A stretch of 64,000 nt of DNA from Albugo candida (lineage: Eukaryota). The translations under genes were made by a program, and so were the position numbers. This document shows, in pieces, positions 1-10,955 of the stretch. Under the pieces are notes generated by a model. The model did no database searches. It was not told the origin of the DNA and saw only the letters and a program-made list of their open reading frames with translations. Every line of letters begins with the position of its first letter. Position 1 is the first letter of the stretch. The stretch lies in the NCBI GenBank assembly GCA_040437565.1, contig JBDOQK010000047.1:186001-250000 (forward strand), in the 5' to 3' direction.

Positions 1-1664
1 TGCTTCGAATTCTCGCTCTCACCAGAACTCACTATTTCAGGATTATCGCCAATCTCCATGTGTTTGGAAAACCCTTGAGTCTTCCATAAATGAACATGAG
101 ACGCAATGCTAGAATTGGGAAAATGTGATGCAAACCAAACTGCTTCATGCTGTCTCGCTTGTTTCATTGACTCACAGGATATCTCATTCGACTCTTCCGC
201 GACCATTCTTGGATCACCAGGAGGATAATCTAATAGCCAGCTGTCAATGAGAGGATTGTCGAGCTCAAGCATGAAAGCAATAAGATCCATAGTCGCAATG
301 CTCAAAGACGACGAAAGCGAGTCAATCCTACCAATCAGTTGAAAAAATACTGACCGTGAGCTTTCTTTTGGTACAATAGAGGCATCCATGCTTTGATCCA
401 GTAAGGCTTGGCAGAATAATAGCAGAAAAGGATTACACTCGACATCTCGTCCAAAAGTACCAAGTTCTTCCATGATGATTCGAGCGTACAGTGTTGTGGC
501 CAAGACGCTTGGCTCTGACGCACTCAATAACGCAGGCAAGAAAGTTGATTTGAGAAATAGATCGCTAAATAGTTGAGCCATAACTGTTGATATTGATTTT
601 GGTTCTGTTCCTAAAGTTTTCGTACTCCCAGTCATTACCAAGGAACAGCAGAACCGAAGTCGGCTTATGAAGATATTCAAGTATCTTGATTTTGAGTGCT
701 GGAGATTCGCTGCGTCCAAACGTTCGTTTGTTTTTCGACCGATGAAATTCCTTGGTAAGGCATCGTAAGCTGCTACAAGTCCACTGATTGCTTCATGACA
801 AAAGGGTGTCAGATGTAATATAAAGTGGACCAATGATGCTTCAGGTATACCAGCCGCTATAATCATCGTTTCCCGGCACCTGTCGCCGATAACACCATCT
901 GCGTACATGTGTGGAAGCAGCCCCGAGAAAATAATCAGCTCAGATATGTTGTTTCCCTCATCTCCAATCTTAGAGGCTTCTGCTGTGTTTTTGAGGTCCG
1001 TGTCATACTCGTTTGCTTCTGAGTAAACAAAAAAGAATTCTATTTGGACTGGATTACTACGCAGTTTCTTCCATATACTATACAGTAATCTGATCATACA
1101 TTTTCGAGTCAGAATGTCATCAATCTCATTCACGATCGCGCTTTTGGCCAGTGCAATTATCGCCACATGAATCTCTCTTGTCGGAAGAACGGGATATTCC
1201 AGCTTCTCCAAGATAGCCGATATGAATTGCAGTGAAAGTGGCATGATTCCACGTGGTTGGTTTCGCTTCCCAATGTCGCAAAGATAGGGTACGATCTGAT
1301 TCTCAAGCAGATATTCTAGACATGGTCGATGGGACTGCATGGACTCTTCCGAATTTGTATGTAAAGTGACATCAAAACGTGTTCTCAAGTGTTCCACCGA
1401 CTTCTCTTCAGTGCATAGCATCATCACCATTTTCTGCAGGGATTCGGGCGTGCTAGAATCGTGTAATATACGCTTCTGTTCGACCATATCGGTGATATTT
1501 CGTTCCGAAACTGCATCCATAAAGTGGCGTACAGTGAGCCACCGTTGATGGAATTCTTTCACATCGGAATCATAGAGTGTGGGAACCATTGCATCAATAC
1601 CCTGGATAATGGCATCCTGAGCTTTTGTCGCCACTAGTTTGATCTTATTCTTCAACCAACTCAT
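1..1664 (-). CDS. FHIP/FAM160 (RAI16-like, FTS-Hook-interacting) family protein, 3' end beyond window
   Basis: Manual translation from the ATG at 1664 to about 1020 is open: MSWLKNKIKLVATKAQDAIIQGIDAMVPTLYDSDVKEFHQRW...PCLEYLLENQIVPYLCDIGKRNQPRGIMPLSLQFISAILEKLEYPVLPTREIHVAIIAL...IWKKLRSNPVQIEFFF. This matches FAM160B-type motifs (PCMEYLL..ILETL...G..D.P.G; LLP...VH; KLK.DP....FF). It is absent from the ORF track, which is expected if the frame has no stop before the window edge. Confidence 0.8.
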   Translation of the reverse strand, partial: MSWLKNKIKLVATKAQDAIIQGIDAMVPTLYDSDVKEFHQRWLTVRHFMDAVSERNITDMVEQKRILHDSSTPESLQKMVMMLCTEEKSVEHLRTRFDVTLHTNSEESMQSHRPCLEYLLENQIVPYLCDIGKRNQPRGIMPLSLQFISAILEKLEYPVLPTREIHVAIIALAKSAIVNEIDDILTRKCMIRLLYSIWKKLRSNPVQIEFFFVYSEANEYDTDLKNTAEASKIGDEGNNISELIIFSGLLPHMYADGVIGDRCRETMIIAAGIPEASLVHFILHLTPFCHEAISGLVAAYDALPRNFIGRKTNERLDAANLQHSKSRYLNIFISRLRFCCSLVMTGSTKTLGTEPKSISTVMAQLFSDLFLKSTFLPALLSASEPSVLATTLYARIIMEELGTFGRDVECNPFLLLFCQALLDQSMDASIVPKESSRSVFFQLIGRIDSLSSSLSIATMDLIAFMLELDNPLIDSWLLDYPPGDPRMVAEESNEISCESMKQARQHEAVWFASHFPNSSIASHVHLWKTQGFSKHMEIGDNPEIVSSGESENSK

Positions 1665-1967
1665 TGTCAATTGGCAAAGTGCCCGCGATAGTACCGTATC
1701 CCTTTTGTCAGTAGGCAGCAAGGTCAATGTAATGTGCATCCATTTCTATCTGGGCNNNNNNNNNNNNNNNNNNNNNNNNNNNNNNNNNNNNNNNNNNNNN
1801 NNNNNNNNNNNNNNNNNNNNNNNNNNNNNNNNNNNNNNNNNNNNNNNNNNNNNNNACCGTATCCCTTTTGTCAGTAGGCAGCAAGGTCAATGTAATGTGC
1901 ATCCATCTCTATCTGGGCTGTACATTCTCGTAATTGTGTTCTACGCGTCGATTTCTGACATTCATCG

Positions 1968-2378
1968 CTACTGATCTTGTACAAATTGAGACGATAAATG
2001 GTGCACTGAAAGCGCGGGTCGCTGAGAGATACGATGTTGTGTTTTCTGTCGTGTGAGGCAGGGCACCTCCAACTCTGCTGTCAAAATGATGGTAGATTCT
2101 GTAGTGACTGAGAAGGGAACGTGCTTCCGTATTCCACTCAGCAGCTCAGTGATCTTTCTTGGCCCACGCGGAACTACCTTATAGAAAGTAATGTTGTCAT
2201 TTAGATGGGATTCGGTGAGCGCACTTTGAATAAGCGATCTGGCAGATCGGAGAGGCAAATAGAAAGTATACTCATACACTCTCTGTTCTTGTTGAACTGA
2301 TGAGAGAGAAGAAAAGTGATGTACAGCAAATGCTATTTGTTGTACTTTTGGAAATGTACATTTTCGCATCAAAATCAC
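1968..2378 (-). CDS. possible hypothetical protein (about 133-136 aa)
   Basis: Open frame only. The N-terminus MRKCTFPKVQQIAFAVHHFSSLSS loosely resembles a mitochondrial presequence. No recognisable domain. Confidence 0.25.
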   Translation of the reverse strand: MILMRKCTFPKVQQIAFAVHHFSSLSSVQQEQRVYEYTFYLPLRSARSLIQSALTESHLNDNITFYKVVPRGPRKITELLSGIRKHVPFSVTTESTIILTAELEVPCLTRQKTQHRISQRPALSVHHLSSQFVQDQ

Positions 2379-3758
2379 AAAGCTTCAAGCTCGGTCAGTC
2401 ACATTCTGGAAACTTTCGATGAGCTCAGCTTTATAGCCTCGTATACAGGAAACTTGACTGGATCGCCGAAAGAGAAGCGAGATATATCGTATTCGGTGAT
2501 CAATTAGGCAGATCATTCGTCCGTATCTGGACAGTAACAATAGTAGTGACAGGGCAAAGTCAAATCACCTCAAATAGCCAGCTTCCAATCTCAATTGTAC
2601 TTAAGTATTAGATTACAGAAAATCAACCTACTGGCGATACCCTCGCACCCCGTAGTAAAACTCTTGATGCGCAGCTGATTGAATTCAAAAATCAAAACTC
2701 CTGAAAACAAAATTCTAATGTTACGAAGAAAACGCAAGGTAGATAAATCAGAGATATGAGGTATTCATTAGGGGACACTATCATCTAGTAGAGCATGGCG
2801 AATCTTGAAGAGGTTGTAGTCGGACGTTGGAGTCTTCAGCGTCCGTTCTAGTAGAAATATATGGAAAAAGCGTGATTCGAGTATCGCTGTAAACGTCTTC
2901 ATGTCAACACAACTGACATGCTCCTTCAAAACATTTAACTTTCTCGGAAACAGCTTTGAAGAAAAGTGATCCTGCTTTTTTTGAGTAGTCGATCCATGGA
3001 AAAGTAATTGAGCTTTACGTAACATAAGCTGCACCAGGTACATGTGTACTGAGTAATGTGACGATTTGCTAGACATTGCTTAAATCGTTGCATTTACTGC
3101 CATCTTGCAGGAGCATGAGGGTATCCTTTTATGAAAGTAGCCAGAATGATATTCAATGAATGAAGCATGTATCCGAACGGCGGTGGAGCGTATTGAAGGC
3201 CTCGATAAAGTACTCCATGTAAAAATCGCTTTAGTTTGATCACCTATTCTCATTGCTACATCTTACAAACATTGCGCGCATCCTTGACAGTAATTCTTCC
3301 AACTCGCAACACACTAACACATTCTTGACCAAGAACGCCAGATCAAATGCTGGAGACTCGGCATCAAACGATTGATCAAAATGATACGGATAGCAAATAA
3401 TCAATGAATCGATGCAAGCAAAGCTCTCAATTATCATTCGTAATGTCTGTGACCCAATGACAACGAATACAACTCGCAAGCTGACACGATATCGAATATA
3501 CGCGCTACCATCAAGTACATACAGGGTCTTGTAAGTGAACGTCAGTGAGACTAGTACGTATTTGAGATTTATTGTTGTCTCCTTATATGCATAGTACCAT
3601 TCAAATCGTTTGGCGGTTAAACAGACATCTGGCACCCAGCCACTGACGATAATACTCCTATTTCTAAAGTCGGATTCGACAGATAGATGCAAAGCACCAA
3701 ATAAGCGTATGTTTTAAGTTGTAATCATAGCTTCTTCGATCGGGGTCCAATCGGACGA

Positions 3759-4682
3759 TTACTGATCAAATGTCTTGGATTTTGCCTTGAGCTCCTGTAT
3801 TGTCTGATATCTACCAGTCTGATACCCCAATCGATACCACGACAGTAATAAGGAGTTGAGACTTTCTTCTTGTGATGTATCTAAAGGGTAGTGAGCCATC
3901 GAAGCCGTAAAATCCATTCCCTTATGTGTCGCTGACGTATTTGCTCGCGACGATTCTTTCTCAAACGATTGCGCATTTCTATTCTCACTTTTCTTTGGCA
4001 AAGTTTTCGATGAAAGATGATCCTGTGGGATTTCCTGCTTCAAGTCCTCCGCGTGCGTTTGCTTTGACACCTCTCCTTGAGATCCCGACATGCGCACTCG
4101 CTCAAAACTCACTCCCGCTGATGATGTGCCTGTATCGTAATTATTTCTGCTTTCGTTGTCAACCTTACATCCTCGTTCGTATTCACTATGTACAAAGTTG
4201 TTAGATGCTTACTCGATCTGGCTGTACCCTGTGCGAATTACCTTCCCACCTGTGTGTTGACTGTGCAGCTGTTTTGATCTTCCAAAGCCNNNNNNNNNNN
4301 NNNNNNNNNNNNNNNNNNNNNNNNNNNNNNNNNNNNNNNNNNNNNNNNNNNNNNNNNNNNNNNNNNNNNNNNNNNNNNNNNNNNNNNNNACTCGCTCAAA
4401 ACTCACTCCCGCTGATGATGTGCCTGTATCGTAATTATTTCTGCTTTCGTTGTCAGCCTTACATCCTCGTTCGTATTCACTATGTACAAAGTTGTTAGAT
4501 GCTTACTCGATCTGGCTGTACCCTGTGCGAATTACCTTCCCACCTGTGTGTTGACTGTGCAGCTGTTTTGATCTTCCAAAGCCCTTTCAAAGGCCTGACA
4601 CAGTCGTGAGAAATGATCAGCGCAATAAGAGACAGTCATATACCTGAATTATCGCAAGGTCATCCCACGTTTCTTCGTTCAT
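3759..4682 (-). CDS. SMN: Survival motor neuron (SMN)-like protein, 3 exons, spans a gap with duplicated overlap
   Basis: Exon 1 (4682-4644) MNEETWDDLAIIQ, GT-AG intron 4643-4595, then AFERALED gives the Gemin2-binding motif WDD.A.I.A... A second GT-AG intron joins the 3759..4112 frame, which ends in a YG-box: ESLNSLLLSWYRLGYQTGRY. Confidence 0.85.
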
Positions 4683-5013
4683 TCTACTCGCAAAAAATTG
4701 ATTGGATGAGAAGAAAGATTGTGGCAGAAACCGAAAAAGATGATACTTGGAAGCTGTTCTATTTTACATCGACGGTAGCGGGCTGCCCGAAACGATGCAG
4801 TTATGAAGTATGGGCAGTAAGGGAGCATTCCTACTAAATAACGTACATGATCATATGTGATAAGATCGATTACATTCGCACAACGATCCGAGAGAAAAGA
4901 GAGATCGCAGTTAAAGCTTGTATTCAAACACGTATACGTGACATGCGATGTATTAAAAGCGATATCGTGTGTCAGAAGCTGGTCAACGTTATACTTGTGG
5001 ATGCCATTTGATC

Positions 5014-5829
5014 TCAACGCGTTCTCCAAGTCTCTCGAGCTCCATGGAGTCGCAACATCCCTATGAGCTGCTGATTGTCTGCTAGTACTTTGACAGAATG
5101 TATTTGATATCTTTGGCCGAATGATAAGGCGCATTGCAATGGCATTCGATCCTTCTGCACACATTTATCAGTGATGAAGTAGTACAATAAAACATTGCCT
5201 ACATGCGCGACCGCATTGACATCTGCTCCAATCGAGACAAGGAAATAGGCGATGCTCAAGTAGTTGCGATCACAAGCCACGTGAAGTGGCGTCCATAAAT
5301 CACTCTCTCGCTAAATGTTCTGTCAATATTGTTCCCGAAAAGGAATGGAAGCCAACAAACCTGCCAATTTACATTCATTCCCGACTCGACGAGAAACCGA
5401 ATAAGCGATTGAAGTGAAGTAGCGCTCTCATCTGAGTCAACTCGTTCGATGATTTTATGTAAAGTATTCCGTATCGCTACCTGGCCAACATCAAAGCCAT
5501 TTCTGATCATAATGCACAGAATATCGAGGCGATTTTTGCTGCATGCGATACGAAACATCTGGGTGCTGAAAAATGGCATTATGTAACTCTGAATGAGAGC
5601 ATCAGTCTGTGGAATCTTTATTCAAAGAAATAGATCACACCTCATCCATGTATTTGATTGCTAAATCTAATGCTCGCACATTTCCTAATCGCACAATCTG
5701 AACGAGTTTGTTTCCATTTTCGATTATGCGGTTTGCTTGCAGAGGACATTCTTCTTGCAATTTTCTCAGAACATTCATTTCTTCGTGAAGCGATGTCTTA
5801 CATCGGAAGAGCTGTCGATTTTCCGCCAT
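5014..5829 (-). CDS. ankyrin-repeat protein (multi-exon)
   Basis: Joining ORF pieces 5635..5829, 5256..5579 and 5014..5280 through short GT-AG introns (e.g. 5640-5589) gives ...IRFLVESGMNVNWQ-RESDLWTPLHVACDRNYLSIAYFLVSIGADVNAVAH-KDRMPLQCA, a canonical TPLH/GADVN ankyrin repeat. Confidence 0.8.
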
Positions 5830-5862
5830 ACTTGTGCGAAAAGATCGTTTTCAAAAGACGCA

Positions 5863-7867
5863 ATGAAACGATTTTTTGGGCATCAGACATTGAATGATGA
5901 GGATGCAAGAATTGGCGATCTTCAGAGTGACGACTCGGAAGGCTCGGAAGACATCGATAAAGTGCAGCAGATTCCTTCTTCTTCTCCAATCTCCTCTATC
6001 GGTAGTATCCATAGCTCCATAGAGGCATCTCTCTCATCTCAGGAGACCACATTTCCGGCTAAACGACTCCATGACACCAAGCAGATCAGGATTAAACACG
6101 ATAGCAGTAGTCACAGCTCCTCAACCACCAGCAAGAAATGGTACGCTGACAGCGATGATGAGAAGGAAGACGAGTCACAATCTTCATCAAGCTGCGAGCC
6201 AAAAGCTGCATTCGAAACTAGTGATAGCAATCGCACTATGTATGCATCGAGGGCTAAGAAGCAAGAGCGCAAAATGTCAAACGACGAAAATATAACGCGA
6301 GCAGCAATTGCGTTACGTTCTGTCACACGGGAGACGAAAACCACGGCACATGCGCGGAGAATCCTTTCAAAAACAAACGATATCCTTCTGCAGGAAAAAG
6401 AGACTGTAGGAGACATATACGACGACAAAAGTAGTCTTCACCGAAAGGATACTCCCGCTTTCAGGAAACATGTCGATACCGAGATTCCAATCACAAAGTC
6501 TCGAGATGTAGCACGTCATGTCGTTGACACTTGGCAGAACTCGAATTTGAAGTCTATTGGAAAAATGAATTCAGTCAACTCACCGAAAGCGATTTTTGGC
6601 TCCTTTCGGGGAATCACCGGTCAGAATAAAACACTGGGGGCTTTTGCAGGCAAGTCTGAAAATGGGGTCGTACTGGAGGGATGGCTCCGTCAGAAACAAC
6701 GTCGTGGTGTGAAAGGGCTGAAAAAATGGAATTCACGTTATTACGTCGTGTATGCAGAAACCAACGAAATTCGATACTATGCGGATCTGGTGGCATCCGC
6801 GTGGGGCTCCATACCGTTGAATGAGATTGGATCGATTTCAGCACGACTGATCCAGAACGTGGAAAAGCTGAGTCATCCGAAATACAAAGGATGTCGCTTT
6901 GACATAAAATGCCGAAATAGCTGGGGTACTCATTACGCAGACGATTATGTGAGCCATGATAGTTCGAGTAGTCTTCCAGGTATCCGTCCGTATGAGAACG
7001 GCGATAGTATCGGTGACAGTACAAAGTCCAGCACAAGAGTATATAGTTTGATTGCTGACTCTCCTCAGACAGCCAGCTTGTGGGTGAGTATGATCGCTTC
7101 CCTTATTCTTCGAAATCCAGGTAGCCCGAAGGGGGAAGTACGGGATCACATTTCAAATCGCGTTGGAGATAAAAGCGCACCGGACGATACAGTTCCCTGG
7201 CTGGTGAAATGCGCGGTTGACTATATATACAAATCAACTCCTGGAATCGAGACTCCTCTATTTTATGAAGAGAACGCTGACACTGATAAGCTTGAGGTAC
7301 GATGTATCCATTTATCCAGAGCGTCATCTTGAATGACCTGATTCACTAGATCTGCATGAATCTCCTTCAAGTGCCAAACGAAGAAAAACCCGGAAACATA
7401 GAGATCGACAAACTTCTCAACGTCGTCACTGCTGGTGCAATTGTCAAGATGTGGCTCGAGAAAATGGAACAACCGATCGTACCCTTTGCTCTATACCCGG
7501 AATTTGAGATGATTGCGATAGAGGCTAAAGAAAATCCCGCTGATGCCATCGGTAGTCTCAAAACATTGCGTGAAAAGCTTCCGGCCAAAAATCGGTGAGT
7601 GAGCTGTTCTTTGTCGTCTCATTTGAAATTGTGTGACCATTGTTTCCCAGTGCGAGTCTCATCTGTCTGCTGTTCCATTTAAACGATATCAGTGCATACG
7701 CCTCCAAAAACAAGATGGATGCGTCATATCTCGCAAAACTGTTCTCAAAGTTCATAGTACGACCACAAAAACCAACGCAAAGTGACAACACTGAAGCAAT
7801 CCATTGGCTTCTTAGCGACATCATCACTCAGATTGACGATTACATCGATGAAAAGGAGACTGGTTGA
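5863..7867 (+). CDS. PH domain + RhoGAP-like domain protein
   Basis: PH domain: VVLEGWLRQKQRRGVKGLKKWNSRYYVV...YSLIADSPQTASLWVSMI. RhoGAP-like part: VPWLVKCAVDYI...AGAIVKMWLEKMEQPIVPFALY...LPAKNRASLICLLFHLNDISAYASKNKMDASYLAKLF. GT-AG introns 7297-7349 and 7595-7650 keep the frame. Confidence 0.85.
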
Positions 7868-7901
7868 TCTTACAAGAGGCCTTGTGTCTTGATAACGATA
7901 T

Positions 7902-10629
7902 TCAAAGCTGACTTTTCACCGCTTGAAGTGCGACGACAAGATCTTTAGCACAAGGCCTCATGTGTGGTACTACCGAAAGGCATAGACTAATTACATCACG
8001 AATACCCTGTGGAGCTGATGTATATGCCGGATGATGCTCGTGTGGGGCTAACATCTCGTGTTTTCGCATTCGCCTAATGAGCTCCAGGTCAGCAAGAGTA
8101 CTTCCCATATCATCAATAAGGGTCTTGAATGGCGTATTTCGCGTCCATATTTCCCCAATGATGACGCCAAGTGTATACATATTGGCCAGAAATGGATCGA
8201 TACTCTTCTCACCTTTGACGACTTCCGGTGCTGACCATGCGACTTCACCGCTTCCAAAAGAGAATTCGTTCGTCTTACGGCTAAAGCTGATTTCCTTTGA
8301 CGATGAATCCAAGTGGAACAGACTTATTTTTGCTGTTTTGACTCCATTCACGAGCACGGATCGACTTGTGAATTGACGAACATACACATCGTTCTCGTGA
8401 AGATGGCTCAACGCTAACGCAATATCGAGACACATTTGCAGCTTTGCTACATTATCCATCTCTAGCGCTGCGTCATGTAAAGCGATACCCAATGAGCCTT
8501 TCTCCATATATTCCGTGACAATCGTCAAACAAGCTCCAGCACGCCACGTATGACCAATCATACTAACAATGTTCTCATGTTTAATGGATGCGAGCTGTAT
8601 CAGGTAGCGAAATAATCTATTTCCCTCGTTCATATCGTCACCCACGATTCTCACCTTCTTTGCTACTACACGACAGGTATCCAGCTCTCCAAGCCAAACG
8701 ATTTTTGGCTTGGAGAGCTGGATACCTGTCGTGTAGTAGCAAAGAAGGTGAGAATCGTGGGTGACGATANNNNNNNNNNNNNNNNNNNNNNNNNNNNNNN
8801 NNNNNNNNNNNNNNNNNNNNNNNNNNNNNNNNNNNNNNNNNNNNNNNNNNNNNNNNNNNNNNNNNNNNNTCCAAGTGGAACAGACTTATTTTTGCTGTTT
8901 TGACTCCATTCACGAGCACGGATCGACTTGTGAATTGACGAACATACACATCGTTCTCGTGAAGATGGCTCAACGCTAACGCAATATCGAGACACATTTG
9001 CAGCTTTGCTACATTATCCATCTCTAGCGCTGCGTCATGTAAAGCGATACCCAATGAGCCTTTCTCCATATATTCCGTGACAATCGTCAAACAAGCTCCA
9101 GCACGCCACGTATGACCAATCATACTAACAATGTTCTCATGTTTAATGGATGCGAGCTGTATCAGGTAGCGAAATAATCTATTTCCCTCGTTCATATCGT
9201 CACCCACGATTCTCACCTTCTTTGCTACTACACGACAGGTATCCAGCTCTCCAAGCCAAAAATCGTTTGGGTTTATAGCTTCGATAAGATTCAAAGCATT
9301 TGCATCGATCTCGAGAAGTTGCACGGAACCTCTTCTACTCTGAAAACTCTCGCTGATTGATGAACGAAGTAATTTGGTCGACCTCGAGAAATTCTCTTCT
9401 AATGGAGCGGTTGCGTTGATGACACTTAGTCTTACGACCATCGCTGCTAGTGCAAGCCCGCCAATGATACCACAACTGACAACAATGAGTAGGATCCAAA
9501 TCGAAAATGTTGATGACGTCGTTTTCCGATTACTGGAAGCCGCATTGCTGGAAGCTACTCGGGACTCTGGTCGTTGGGATACCTCGTAACATACCACATG
9601 TTTATTTGTGCTGCCTGGATCATCAGCGTGGGAGTCTTGACTTTGTGAATTGCAGTATGGATCGAAAATAGCGTCTGTGAATATATCAGTGCGTTTGGAT
9701 AGATCACTTAGTGATTCAAATTGTGCTTGCGTGAGAATGGTTCTAGCACCCGCTTTCAAATGCACGCCATCACTACGACAATGACATTAGCTTCTCCAAT
9801 AGAAAGTGAAAATGGAGCTTACATCTTGTAGCTCTTTTCGACTTTCAAGCGTCGTATGAATGTTGGGATACTTGGAAAGCTCACATCGAGAGTACTGCAC
9901 AAAAAATGCCGATCGTAAGCACTCCTTCTACCGTGATATCAATATCTCGCATACATTCTTCTCCAATGAGGTGTTTGGGTAGTCACAATTTCTAAATCGG
10001 ACAATTCCGTGCCACTTATCTCCCTACAAGGCGTCAATCCATCAAAATGCGTCTTTAGAGTCGGTTTGAATTGACACGCACAGAGTTTCGATGGATGCAG
10101 GCAAGTGGAGAATCAACGTCTGATCCTGAAAAGTGATATTCTCAAAAGCTCTACGTTAGTGAGTATATCAGCAAAAGACGATACGATGATTGTAGGAGCA
10201 TTTTCATACAGCGAATCCAAAGCTGACAAGTGAGTAAACGCGTTGGTCGAGATAGACATTGGTACACGGGTCTTGAAGCCTTGTGAAACAAAGGACCTAC
10301 GACAAATCGAGCACTCAGCGCTTGTTGTTTCATATTTGAATAGCTTTTGTGTACAATGAAGTCAAAAGTGGTGCGTCTAATTCCTGAATTACACTTTGTG
10401 CGAGATTGTTGGAATGAATGCGAAGTTTAGTGACGTCTGACAACAGATCAACGGATATCACAAAATCCTGGCATTTGGCTTCGAAGAGACTCCGATATGC
10501 CGAAATGACAAGTAGCTGGTTCTGTAACAAATCAGAGCATTTCAAATCGAATGTGCTTGCAGACGATCTCGCCACAAAGAAAGAGAGTGTAGCAATGTGC
10601 CAGCTCCACCACAATTGAATGCATTTCAT
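7902..10629 (-). CDS. receptor-like TKL pseudokinase (signal peptide, degenerate LRR-like ectodomain, TM, kinase fold)
   Basis: Signal-like N-terminus MKCIQLWWSWHIATLSFFVARSSA, several short exons of about 24 codons (9780-10350), TM segment IWILLIVVSCGIIGGLALAAMVV, and kinase motifs IKHENIVSMIG, VTEYMEKGSL and WSAPEVV. Part of the kinase domain is duplicated across the 8770-8869 gap. Confidence 0.85.
8633..8769. repeat. perfect 66-bp fold-back inverted repeat ending at a gap (probable template-switch artefact)
   Basis: 8633-8698 is the exact reverse complement of 8704-8769. The 5-nt loop cgatt is the inverted form of aatcg seen in the intact copy near 9260. Confidence 0.85.
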
Positions 10630-10955
10630 TGATTACAGATGTACGTTATATAAAGTTTCTAAAGCTAAAGGATGGTCTCAACCAGCCATGATTTCACAGC
10701 ATTGCTGCACGTGTTTGCTACCCACCTCCAATCGCCTCTACAAGAGGATTCTCTCATTGTATCGCCCCATTTATACCCAATACAATAACAAACATTGCGT
10801 CACGCTGTTACATTCCGTGCTATATATTGGAGCAATTTGACATGGAAATTTTGTAGTCCTACAACTGCGTTCAGCTGGCAAAGTACACTATTTGTACACT
10901 GACTGGAATTAGAAACCTTTTGTTAGGTTCGATGTGACCGGTAAACGAACACACG

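Noticed and set aside
2768..3692. ORFs of 102 and 150 aa between FHIP and SMN
   Set aside because: No recognisable motifs or convincing splice structure; cannot be supported as genes.
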